From NCBI GenBank assembly GCA_018304385.1, contig JAGVWJ010000014.1, positions 1 to 64,000 on the forward strand: 64,000 bases of DNA, written 5' to 3'. Source of the stretch: Candidatus Micrarchaeota archaeon. Its GTDB lineage: Archaea; Micrarchaeota; Micrarchaeia; Anstonellales; Bilamarchaeaceae. The number at the start of each line of letters is the position of its first letter. The first letter of the stretch is position 1. Positions 38,478 through 46,912 of the stretch are shown here, piece by piece. Under the pieces are notes generated by a model. The model was not told the DNA's origin and searched no databases. It was given only the letters and a program-made list of their open reading frames with translations. The translations under genes were made by a program, and so were the position numbers.

Positions 38478-39689
38478 TTAATCAACTTTAAATATTTTTT
38501 TCGCTTCTTTAATCCCATCACAAAGCTTATCCACATCTTTTTTATCATTATAAATATAGAAACTAGCTCTACTGCTAGCTGGCAATGCTAAACGCTCGTG
38601 CAATGGCATAGCACAATGATGACCACTTCTAATAGCTACATTATATTCATCTAAGATGGAGGCAAGATCATGCGGATGAACACCATTAACAGTAAATGCA
38701 ATAACACCTGCACGCTTTTCTGGATTTTTAGGACCAAAAATATTAACCCCGTTTATTTCTGTCATTTTTTGCAGTGCGTATTGAGTAATAATCTGTTCAT
38801 GTTTTCTTATATTTTCCATTCCAAGTTTTCCAAGATAATCTATTGCAGCTCCTAAGCCAATCACACTGGAAGCTGGAGGCGTGCCTGACTCAAACTTAAA
38901 CGGTAATTCGTTCCATTTTGACTCTTCCACATGTACTTCAGAAATCATGTCCCCACCATACAAAAACGGATCCGTCTCTTCCAGCACTTGCTCTTTGCCG
39001 TATAATATACCTACACCAGTTGGACCAAGCATTTTATGACCTGAAAAAGCAAAAAAATCGCAATCAATTGCGCTAGCGTCTATTTGCATATGAGGGATAC
39101 TTTGTGCGCCATCAACTAATACTTTTGCGCCCGCATCATGAGCAAGCTTACACAGTTTATTTACATTATTTAGAGTTCCAAGAACATTAGACACATGTGT
39201 GATCGCTAGTAATTTTGCACCTTTTATTTTTTCAAAATCAGATTCTTTTAGTTCGCCTTCTTCATTTATGTCAATTATCTCAAGTTTTGCGCCTTTTTGT
39301 TTTGCTAATTGCTGCCATGGCACGAAATTACTATGATGCTCCATTATTGAAATAACTATTTTATCTCCTTTTTTGATATTTTTTTCTCCCCAACCGCGCA
39401 TAACTAGATTTATGGATTCAGTAGTATTTTTCGTGAAAATAATCTCTTGCTCGCTTTTGGCAGATATAAAATCACGAACCTTGGTTCTTACATTCTCAAA
39501 TTTCTCGCTAGCTTCTTCACTTATTTTGTATATCCCGCGGTGTACATTTGCATTATAATTAGTATAAAATTCATTTACTGCATCTATTACTTGTTGCGGT
39601 CGCTGAGAGGTGGCTGCAGAATCCAGATAAACAAGTGTGGGATTATTTTTAAAAATAGGAAAATCTTCTTTTATTTTATCGATGTTCAT
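38478..39689 (-). CDS. sufS: Cysteine desulfurase, SufS type
   Basis: YLDSAAT, VDGAQS, FSGHKMLGPTG, RSGHHCA. Confidence 0.95.
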   Translation of the reverse strand: MNIDKIKEDFPIFKNNPTLVYLDSAATSQRPQQVIDAVNEFYTNYNANVHRGIYKISEEASEKFENVRTKVRDFISAKSEQEIIFTKNTTESINLVMRGWGEKNIKKGDKIVISIMEHHSNFVPWQQLAKQKGAKLEIIDINEEGELKESDFEKIKGAKLLAITHVSNVLGTLNNVNKLCKLAHDAGAKVLVDGAQSIPHMQIDASAIDCDFFAFSGHKMLGPTGVGILYGKEQVLEETDPFLYGGDMISEVHVEESKWNELPFKFESGTPPASSVIGLGAAIDYLGKLGMENIRKHEQIITQYALQKMTEINGVNIFGPKNPEKRAGVIAFTVNGVHPHDLASILDEYNVAIRSGHHCAMPLHERLALPASSRASFYIYNDKKDVDKLCDGIKEAKKIFKVD

Positions 39690-39722
39690 ATTGCTCATTG
39701 CTCAAAGCCCATTGCTCACGGC
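39688..39722 (-). repeat. Phased heptamer array spanning the sufC-sufS junction
   Basis: GCCGTGA GCAATGG GCTTTGA GCAATGA GCAATAT. Confidence 0.8.
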
Positions 39723-40454
39723 AGTTAAACCTTTGTATCCTTTCTCTTCTAGTTCGTGTGCTAATTTCGCATCTCCAGATTTTACTATCTTTCCATCGAC
39801 CATAATATGTACAAAATCTGGTATGATATATTCTAATATTCTTTTATAATGTGTTATTAATAAAAAGCAACGGTCTATAGAACGCATTTCATTGATTGTT
39901 TTTGCAACATGCTTTAATGCATCTATATCTAAGCCAGAATCAATTTCATCAAGTATAATCACTTTTGGTTTTAAAACTGCCATTTGTAGTATTTCATTAC
40001 GTTTTTTCTCCCCGCCAGAAAAACCAACATTTAAATCACGCTTTGCAAAATCTTTTGATATCCCAATGTTATGCGTTGCTTCATCAATTTCTTTTTGTAT
40101 CTTCAGCATCTCATCTAAAACTTTTCTTTTGTCCTTTTCTTCTCCAAGCTTTGCTTTTCTTAACAAATTAGCAACTGTCACGCCTTCTATCTCTTGAGGA
40201 TTTTGAAATGCTAGGAACATGCCTTTTCTTGCACGCTCATCTGTTCGCAAATGAGAAACATTTTCACCATTAAGCAATATTTCACCGCTAATATCAAATG
40301 TAGGATTACCAAGTAATGAAGACGCTAACGTACTTTTGCCTGCGCCATTCGGCCCCATGATTGCATGGAGCTCTCCATTTTTTATTTTTAGATTTAAGTC
40401 CTTGATAATCTGCTTATCCCCAATGCTAACAGTAAAGTTTTTGATTTCAAACAT
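39702..40454 (-). CDS. sufC: Fe-S cluster assembly ATPase SufC
   Basis: GPNGAGKST, LNVGFSGGEKKRNE, LDEIDSGLDID, ITHY.RIL. Confidence 0.96.
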   Translation of the reverse strand: MFEIKNFTVSIGDKQIIKDLNLKIKNGELHAIMGPNGAGKSTLASSLLGNPTFDISGEILLNGENVSHLRTDERARKGMFLAFQNPQEIEGVTVANLLRKAKLGEEKDKRKVLDEMLKIQKEIDEATHNIGISKDFAKRDLNVGFSGGEKKRNEILQMAVLKPKVIILDEIDSGLDIDALKHVAKTINEMRSIDRCFLLITHYKRILEYIIPDFVHIMVDGKIVKSGDAKLAHELEEKGYKGLTAVSNGL

Positions 40455-40572
40455 CGTCTTATGCCCTCCTTATGCTCAAGCACTAGAGTATCTCTTAGGT
40501 TAGCCGCAGGACCCACCGCAAAGCGGTTCCCCCGCGGCGGCCTTCTTATGTATTCATTATGTAAATAAAACC
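40455..40572 (-). repeat. Dispersed hairpin leader element, copy 4 (divergent, extended hairpin; upstream of sufC)
   Basis: GGTTTTATTTACAT...GGCCGCCGCGG-22nt (inner ACCGC-TTT-GCGGT)-CTGCGGC...GGAGGGCATAAGACG-ATG. Confidence 0.7.
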
Positions 40573-40605
40573 TTGGCCCAAAGCTCATGGCTCATTGCTC
40601 ATGGC
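40571..40605 (-). repeat. Phased heptamer array abutting leader copy 4
   Basis: GCCATGA GCAATGA GCCATGA GCTTTGG GCCAAGG. Confidence 0.8.
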
Positions 40606-40610
40606 AGTAT

Positions 40611-40630
40611 AATTTAGGTATGCCTAAATT
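40611..40630. promoter_or_regulatory. Inverted repeat AATTTAGG-TATG-CCTAAATT in the sufC/sufB divergent promoter
   Basis: Perfect 8-bp arms immediately upstream of a TTTTAAA box before sufB. Confidence 0.45.
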
Positions 40631-40667
40631 TTTAAACTTAAGCATAGATATTCATATAGTTGATTTT

Positions 40668-42059
40668 ATGGCACTGGAAGAACTGCAGGATTATAAGTAT
40701 GGTTTTAGTGATGACCACAAATATACTTACAAAACTGAGAAGGGATTAAACGAGGAAATAGTAAAACAAATTTCAAAAATAAAGGGTGAACCAGAGTGGA
40801 TGCTAGAAAAGCGCTTACTAGCTTATAAAATATTTAGGAGCAAACCAATGCCAACGTGGGGTGCTGACTTAAGTCCAATTAACTTTGATGATATTACCTA
40901 TTATGCTAGACCAACTGATAAGAACGTTGATGCATGGGAAATGGTTCCAGATGATATAAAGAAAACATTTGATAAGATTGGAATTCCAGAAGCAGAAAAA
41001 AAATTTTTAGGCGGTGCGAGCGCACAATATGATAGCGAAGTTGTGTACCATAACTTAAAGAAAGAATGGGAAGAACAAGGAGTTATATTCACGGATATGG
41101 ACTCTGGATTAAGAGAATACCCTGAAATAGTAAAAAAATATTTTGGAACAGTTATACCGATTACAGATAATAAATTCGCTGCGCTTAATACCTCCGTATG
41201 GAGTGGTGGCAGTTTTGTTTATGTCCCAGAAGGCGTACATGTTGAAATTCCATTGCAGGCATATTTTAGAATAAATGCAGAGAAAGTCGGGCAGTTTGAA
41301 AGAACTTTGATTATTGCTGAGAAAGGAAGTAAAGTACATTACGTGGAGGGGTGTACCGCGCCAATCTATTCCGCTTCTTCTTTGCATAGTGCAGTAGTTG
41401 AATTACTCGCAATGGAAAATTCGCATATACGATATACTACCATTCAAAACTGGAGCAATAATGTTTTCAATCTAGTTACGAAACGCGCAGTTGCTTATAA
41501 GAATGCATTTGTTGAATGGCTCGATGGGAATATAGGTTCTCAAATCACAATGAAATTTCCATGTGTTATGCTTAAGGGTGAAGGAGCACGCGGTGATGTA
41601 GTCAGCGTTGCATATGCTGGCAAAGGACAATGCCAAGACGCTGGCGGGAAAATGATTCATCTTGCACCAAATACTACTTCTAGAATTATTTCGAAAAGTA
41701 TTTCGCAGGGTGGTGGACGCACTAGCTATCGCGGTCTTGTTAAAATTGTTAAAGGTGCAAAGAACTGCAAAAACTTTGTACAATGCGATGCATACATGCT
41801 TGATGAAAAATCAAGAAGCGATACCTATCCAACCGTGCAGGTAGATGAGGATACTGCAACTATTGGCCATGAAGCAAAAGTAGGCAAAATTGGCAATGAT
41901 AAACTATTCTACTTAATGTCTCGCGGAATTCCAGAACAAGAGGCACTCGCAATGATTGTACAGGGATTCTTAGAACCATTCACAAAGGAATTGCCAATGG
42001 AATATGCTGTTGAATTGAATAGATTAATTCAAATACAATTAGAAAATGCTGTTGGATAG
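40668..42059 (+). CDS. sufB: Fe-S cluster assembly protein SufB
   Basis: [35 protein letters not shown]; start MALEE at 40668. Confidence 0.96.
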   Translation: MALEELQDYKYGFSDDHKYTYKTEKGLNEEIVKQISKIKGEPEWMLEKRLLAYKIFRSKPMPTWGADLSPINFDDITYYARPTDKNVDAWEMVPDDIKKTFDKIGIPEAEKKFLGGASAQYDSEVVYHNLKKEWEEQGVIFTDMDSGLREYPEIVKKYFGTVIPITDNKFAALNTSVWSGGSFVYVPEGVHVEIPLQAYFRINAEKVGQFERTLIIAEKGSKVHYVEGCTAPIYSASSLHSAVVELLAMENSHIRYTTIQNWSNNVFNLVTKRAVAYKNAFVEWLDGNIGSQITMKFPCVMLKGEGARGDVVSVAYAGKGQCQDAGGKMIHLAPNTTSRIISKSISQGGGRTSYRGLVKIVKGAKNCKNFVQCDAYMLDEKSRSDTYPTVQVDEDTATIGHEAKVGKIGNDKLFYLMSRGIPEQEALAMIVQGFLEPFTKELPMEYAVELNRLIQIQLENAVG

Positions 42060-42068
42060 GCAAGTTTT

Positions 42069-42818
42069 ATGGATATTGAAAATAATTCTAATATAACTAT
42101 TAGCATAAATGATGTCAAAGATGGACAAATAGCTATAGGTACTAATGCAAAAGTAAATCTAATTGGCGAGCTCGATAACGATCGTAAAATTGAAATTATT
42201 GTTGGCGAGAACAGCGAATTAAAAAGCTACATAATCCAAAAAAATGGATCGCTCGAGCAACGCAACATTGCGAAACAATATGCGCGCATCTATACAAATA
42301 TTATTTATTTTGGAGGAGGAAACGCGAAAATTGTTAATACACTTGAAGGCGACAGCAGTGAAGCTTACGATTTGCAAGTATTTGCAATTGATGATGGAAA
42401 AAGATTAGTTATTGACACTACACTACTACATATTGGAAAGAATACTAGCGGGAATATTCTAGTAAAAGGAACTGCAAAGGATACTGCAATTGCAAAAATA
42501 GATGGAATGATAAAAATTGAAAAACATGCAAGCGGTTCAAACTCATTTTTAGATGAACATGTTATGCTGCTTAATCCTGGCGCAAGAGCAGATACTAACC
42601 CGCAATTAGAAATAGAAAACAATGATGTAAGCTCCAGGCATGCGGCTTCAGTTAGCCAGATAGATGAGAACAAAATATTCTATATGATGGCACGTGGATT
42701 AAAGCGTGAGGATGCGAGAAAACTAATCGTTGAAGGGTTTTTAGGTTCTGCTGTTGAAAAAATTGATAATAAAGAAATTAAAGAAAAGGTTAGCGAACTG
42801 ATTGCAGAGAGTTTTTAA
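42069..42818 (+). CDS. sufD: SufD-family Fe-S assembly protein (short)
   Basis: P.LEIENNDV...H.ASV.QIDE...FYMMARG. Confidence 0.88.
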   Translation: MDIENNSNITISINDVKDGQIAIGTNAKVNLIGELDNDRKIEIIVGENSELKSYIIQKNGSLEQRNIAKQYARIYTNIIYFGGGNAKIVNTLEGDSSEAYDLQVFAIDDGKRLVIDTTLLHIGKNTSGNILVKGTAKDTAIAKIDGMIKIEKHASGSNSFLDEHVMLLNPGARADTNPQLEIENNDVSSRHAASVSQIDENKIFYMMARGLKREDARKLIVEGFLGSAVEKIDNKEIKEKVSELIAESF

Positions 42819-42896
42819 ATCTATCCAATCAAATTAATCTTACTTATTTCTAGTCACATTTTTGTGGCGAGCCTTATTGGCGAAAGAGTGATAACA

Positions 42897-43262
42897 ATGT
42901 CCAAAAATAAAATTCGATTCATTAGAAAGGATAACTCACAGCTAGTATCTCTAATCCAAAAACTGCGCATTGCGAATAAGCTTATTTGGAAAAAAGTAGC
43001 TTATGAACTTGCTAAGCCAAGGCGCATGCGCATTGAGGTTAATCTAAACAAACTCGATGAATATGCCAAAAACGGTGAAACAGTTTTAGTACCTGGAAAG
43101 GTATTGGGCTCTGGCCAGATATCTAAAAAAGCAACTGTAGCTGCATTTGCTTTCAGCGAAAGCGCGAAACAGCTTATTGCGCAAGCAGGTGGAAAAACCA
43201 TTTCGGTTGAAGAACTCTTTGCATCAAATCCAGAAGGAAAAAATGTATTAATATTAACGTGA
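42897..43262 (+). CDS. rpl18e: 50S ribosomal protein L18e
   Basis: IWK.VA.EL.KPRR...EVNL.KL; VLVPGKVLGSG. Confidence 0.95.
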   Translation: MSKNKIRFIRKDNSQLVSLIQKLRIANKLIWKKVAYELAKPRRMRIEVNLNKLDEYAKNGETVLVPGKVLGSGQISKKATVAAFAFSESAKQLIAQAGGKTISVEELFASNPEGKNVLILT

Positions 43263-43678
43263 TAAACATGCTCGCTATAGATGGAACAAATCTTGTACTC
43301 GGACGCGCTGCCTCGCAGATTGCAAAAAAACTATTGCAAGGCGAGCAAGTGCATTTAGTAAACGCTGAGAGTATGATTATACATGGGAATCCAAAACAAA
43401 TTATAGAGAAATATACACAACGAAGACGCATTCAGCATAAAGGAACTCCAGAAAAATCGCCATCCTGGCCAAAGATACCAAATTTGCTCGTTAGAAGAAT
43501 AATCAGAGGTATGCTACCTTGGAAAAGATCAAGAGGGAAAGATGCTTATAAGAAATTATTTGTTTATGTTGGCAATCCGAAAAAATTAGAAGCAAAAAAA
43601 TTAGATAATGCGGAATTTAAATCTGCAAACCGCCATATAACGATTTTGGAGCTTTGTAAGAATTTTGGTTATGCATAA
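43259..43678 (+). CDS. rpl13: 50S ribosomal protein L13
   Basis: LGRAAS.IAK.LL.GE; RRIIRGMLP. Confidence 0.95.
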   Translation: MINMLAIDGTNLVLGRAASQIAKKLLQGEQVHLVNAESMIIHGNPKQIIEKYTQRRRIQHKGTPEKSPSWPKIPNLLVRRIIRGMLPWKRSRGKDAYKKLFVYVGNPKKLEAKKLDNAEFKSANRHITILELCKNFGYA

Positions 43679-43688
43679 AGTGATTTTT

Positions 43689-44252
43689 ATGGAAGAAACA
43701 AAAAAAGAGGAGATAAAGGAAGAAGCAGTAGCACCAACAACAGCTAAAAAAGAGCGAAAGCCAAGAAAAAAGAAAGAAGAAACAGTAAAAAGCGAGGCTG
43801 GAGCAGAAGAACCTAAAAAAGAGGAAACGAAATCAAAGAAAAAAAAGAAAAAACAGGCTTTGGTTCTACGTGGCAAAAGAAAAGAGAGCATTGCACGAGC
43901 AACAATACGTGCAGGAAAAGGAAATGTTCGCATAAATCATATGAAATTAGAAGCTTATTATTCTAACAAATATATTAGAGATATAGTAAGACAACCATTA
44001 AGCTATCTTGGCCCAGAGACACTTAGCATTGATATCAGTATAGATGTAATTGGTGGCGGTATGATGGGCCAAGCACAGGCAGCAAGAACTGCTATTGCAA
44101 ATGCGCTAGTTGAATATTTCCCAGATCAAAATCTAAAAGAAAAATTCTTAAGTATAGATAGGTCACTATTAATAGAAGATGTTAGACGCGTTGAACCAAA
44201 GAAATTCAAAGGGCCAAAGGCTCGAGCAAGATTCCAGAAGTCGTACAGGTGA
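43689..44252 (+). CDS. rps9: 30S ribosomal protein S9 with K/E-rich N-terminal extension
   Basis: GKRK.SIARA, GGG.MGQA.AARTAIA, PKK..GPKARAR.QKSYR. Confidence 0.96.
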   Translation: MEETKKEEIKEEAVAPTTAKKERKPRKKKEETVKSEAGAEEPKKEETKSKKKKKKQALVLRGKRKESIARATIRAGKGNVRINHMKLEAYYSNKYIRDIVRQPLSYLGPETLSIDISIDVIGGGMMGQAQAARTAIANALVEYFPDQNLKEKFLSIDRSLLIEDVRRVEPKKFKGPKARARFQKSYR

Positions 44253-44254
44253 CT

Positions 44255-44275
44255 GCCTTGGGCAGTGAGCCATTG
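44255..44275 (+). repeat. Phased heptamer array abutting leader copy 5
   Basis: GCCTTGG GCAGTGA GCCATTG. Confidence 0.72.
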
Positions 44276-44407
44276 GGTTTTATATTACATAAGGTTTCAT
44301 AGAACGGCCGACGCGACCATAAAGAAAATACGTGTGTCGCGTCCCTAAAGGTTTCATAGGTAAAACGACGGCTTTGTTAGAATGGGAGAACAGAAGGAGG
44401 TCATAGC
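44276..44407 (+). repeat. Dispersed hairpin leader element, copy 5 (between rps9 and rpoN)
   Basis: GGTTTTATATTACAT...GGCCGACGCGAC-18nt-GTCGCGTC-CCTAAAGG...GAAGGAGGTCATAGC-ATG. Confidence 0.85.
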
Positions 44408-44602
44408 ATGGAATTCCCAATAAGATGTTTTAGTTGTGGCGGAGTTATCGGAGATTTATACGAACAATACAAATCATTATCAAAAGATAAAGGTCCTGAA
44501 GCAGCACTTAACGATCTTGGATTAGATAGATATTGTTGTAGAAGAATGTTTGTTTCACATATCGAAATTACAGATAAGATATCGAAGTATCCAAGAATTT
44601 AG
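44408..44602 (+). CDS. rpoN: DNA-directed RNA polymerase subunit N (Rpo10)
   Basis: FPIRCFSCG; RYCCRRM. Confidence 0.97.
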   Translation: MEFPIRCFSCGGVIGDLYEQYKSLSKDKGPEAALNDLGLDRYCCRRMFVSHIEITDKISKYPRI

Positions 44603-44636
44603 CAGTGAGCTTTGGGCAGTGGGCCTTGAGCCACTG
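44602..44636 (+). repeat. Phased heptamer array abutting leader copy 6
   Basis: GCAGTGA GCTTTGG GCAGTGG GCCTTGA GCCACTG. Confidence 0.8.
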
Positions 44637-44766
44637 GGTTTTATTAACATAAGTAATACCTAGGACGACCGACGTGGCATTAAGAAAATATAAGACCACG
44701 TCCCTATAGAGAATATAAGTAGAACGACGAATATGTAAGAATGAGAAAACAAAAGTATAATACAGC
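44637..44766 (+). repeat. Dispersed hairpin leader element, copy 6 (between rpoN and tRNA-Pro)
   Basis: GGTTTTATTAACAT...GACCGACGTGG-18nt-CCACGTC-CCTATAGAGAATATAAGTAGAACGACG; very similar to copy 3. Confidence 0.85.
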
Positions 44767-44898
44767 GGGATCGTGAGGTAACCTGGCATCCTGCGAGCTT
44801 GGGGTGTTCGTTATCTGAGTGCGCTTTTTAGGTAAAAAGTGCCCAAAAACTGGGACGCTAACTAAAAAGTCCCAGAAATTCAAATCTCAGCGGTCCCA
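44767..44898 (+). tRNA. tRNA-Pro(GGG) with a 59-nt intron at position 53/54 (44820..44878)
   Basis: Acceptor stem GGGATCG/CGGTCCC, anticodon stem CGAGC/GTTCG with loop TTGGGGT, T-stem CTGAG/CTCAG; removing the intron gives a 73-nt cloverleaf; expected position after rpoN. Confidence 0.88.
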
Positions 44899-44991
44899 TT
44901 TATTTTAATAAACTCACTACAAAGACAAGGTAAATGACCTTAGTAAAGGATCGCAGTATACTAAATTTGGAGTTTAATAGAGGTGCATAAA

Positions 44992-45618
44992 ATGGTAGAG
45001 AAAACAGGATTGTTAGTAAAGCAGGAAAATTATTTGGAAGCAGGAATACATATAGGAACGAAAATACGAACGTATGATATGCGCAGATTCGTATTTAAAC
45101 GCAGGGATGATGGCTTATTTATCTTGGATTTACGTAAAGCTGATCAAAAACTTTTGCACGCTGCAAAGCTTCTTGCAAGATATAAACCAGAGGAAGTTTT
45201 AATAGTTGCGTCACGCGCATATTCTGGAAACCCAGCTGCAAAATTTTCTAAATTAACTGGAATCAGTACATGTAAAGGAAGATATACTCCAGGAACTATG
45301 ACAAATCTTTCATATAAACAATTTGCAGAGCCAAAAATATTATTTGTATGCGATCCAAAAGGTGAGAGGCAAGCTATTGCTGAAGCAGCGGCAAATGGAG
45401 TGCCAGTTATTGCGCTCTGTGATACAGATAATGAAACAAAGTTTATTGATTTAATAGTTCCGGTAAATAATAAAGGAAAACGCTCGCTAGCGCTTATCTT
45501 TTACATATTAACTAGAGAGATAATGCTTGCACAAGGAAAAATTAATTCTTATGAAGAATTTACTCATGATATGAGCTATTTCGAGCAGGCAGAAGAAGCA
45601 GCGAAGAAAGCAGAATAG
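44992..45618 (+). CDS. rps2: 30S ribosomal protein S2
   Basis: YLEAGIHIGT, GRYTPGTMTN, DTDN, P.NNKG.RSLAL. Confidence 0.96.
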   Translation: MVEKTGLLVKQENYLEAGIHIGTKIRTYDMRRFVFKRRDDGLFILDLRKADQKLLHAAKLLARYKPEEVLIVASRAYSGNPAAKFSKLTGISTCKGRYTPGTMTNLSYKQFAEPKILFVCDPKGERQAIAEAAANGVPVIALCDTDNETKFIDLIVPVNNKGKRSLALIFYILTREIMLAQGKINSYEEFTHDMSYFEQAEEAAKKAE

Positions 45619-45619
45619 A

Positions 45620-46882
45620 TTATTTATAATTAGTCCTGCAGAAGTTTACATCAACTTGGTTATCTTGTAGATCGCAAACAGTTACATTCTGCTCTAATTT
45701 TGCAGCATTTGTATAACATCTAACATCCCATTCATCGCTAGAAAGATTTGCACAGTTTTCATGCCTTAATTTTAGATTATCTTGAATTGATGCTCGATAG
45801 CAGACATCCCTGGAACCTGGGTCAAAATTTAAATATTCGCATGCCTGCGGATTTCCGTATTCCTTTCCAACATCAATAAAACAATGCTCCTTTGCGATAG
45901 GCGCATATCTAGTAATCTGAATACATCCTTGTAAATCGCTAGTCTCAATTGCATATTTTTTGTAGCAATCCCATCGCTTTAGAAGTTCTACTCCGTCACA
46001 AACAGCAGGATTCTTATCTCTTTTTGCAAAATGCGCGTAACAATTAACTGCATAAATCGTATCTTTTTTAGTTAGATCGTCACATGCACCGGGTCTATCT
46101 GTTTTTACTGCGTAAAGCGCTCGGCATGCATCAATTTCATCATCCTTTGGTAACCCATTACATTCATCCTTTTTTAAGGCAATACTAACACAAGCGTTCT
46201 GCTTGAAACGAATACCTAAATCAGCACAAGCTTCAGCATTCACTGTTTGCTGCGCATATGCAAAGATGCATTCTTCATTTTTTTCACAGAAACTATAATT
46301 GTTATTTGCAAGTGCCTTGCATAATGGTTTCTCATCAAGTTTTTTATAGAAACAAGAATCCACCTTTTCTATACACGGTCTTCTATCGTCCATTTCTAGA
46401 TTACTACACAAATCAAGATTATCCAATTTTACAGCGTGGGACCCAACACAAGTTTTCTTCTGGCTATAATCTGCTAGTTTCAGGCACGCCTCAACTGAAT
46501 CTGTTGCTAATGCAACGAAGCAGTCTTGCTTCTTAGTTTCATTGGATATACTATCACAGGTTGTTGCGACTTTGGTTGATAACGCATTTTGCAATTGACA
46601 ATCATCATCACAAACAGTGCTAACTGAAACATTTGGTTTTGTTACATTAGGGATAGCAATATTAGTACTTCCATTATCTGCTGGTTTTTTTCCAAAAAAT
46701 AAGAAAAATATTGCGATTGTAATTATTAGAATAACTACAACAGTACCTAAATTAGTATATACTTTTCTTTTTTGTTTTTCTACTGGTTTCATATACTTGT
46801 ATTTTTTTCCTTTGCTTGTTGGGATAATGGGAGAGATACTAAGTATGTCATCTTCTACCTTAGGGATCTGGTCTTTTGGCAT
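45620..46882 (-). CDS. Type II membrane protein with extracellular Cys-rich ~25-aa repeats
   Basis: Basic N-terminus, single TM, then repeated C..L.....C...A pattern; ORF-track extension is the inverted heptamer array. Confidence 0.8.
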   Translation of the reverse strand: MPKDQIPKVEDDILSISPIIPTSKGKKYKYMKPVEKQKRKVYTNLGTVVVILIITIAIFFLFFGKKPADNGSTNIAIPNVTKPNVSVSTVCDDDCQLQNALSTKVATTCDSISNETKKQDCFVALATDSVEACLKLADYSQKKTCVGSHAVKLDNLDLCSNLEMDDRRPCIEKVDSCFYKKLDEKPLCKALANNNYSFCEKNEECIFAYAQQTVNAEACADLGIRFKQNACVSIALKKDECNGLPKDDEIDACRALYAVKTDRPGACDDLTKKDTIYAVNCYAHFAKRDKNPAVCDGVELLKRWDCYKKYAIETSDLQGCIQITRYAPIAKEHCFIDVGKEYGNPQACEYLNFDPGSRDVCYRASIQDNLKLRHENCANLSSDEWDVRCYTNAAKLEQNVTVCDLQDNQVDVNFCRTNYK

Positions 46883-46912
46883 GTTTAATACTAAAAAGTA
46901 AATATTTAATAA

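Noticed and set aside
16117-44766. Leader element as a hammerhead, HDV/theta ribozyme, or box C/D or H/ACA sRNA
   Set aside because: There is no CUGANGA/GAAA core, no HDV-type L3/P1.1/P2 arrangement on either strand, and no RUGAUGA/CUGA boxes by eye. An unknown catalytic fold is not excluded.
44899-44991. rpoK between tRNA-Pro and rps2 as in the canonical cluster
   Set aside because: Only ~90 nt with no suitable ORF; rpoK is probably elsewhere in the genome, which is of little interest without the full sequence.
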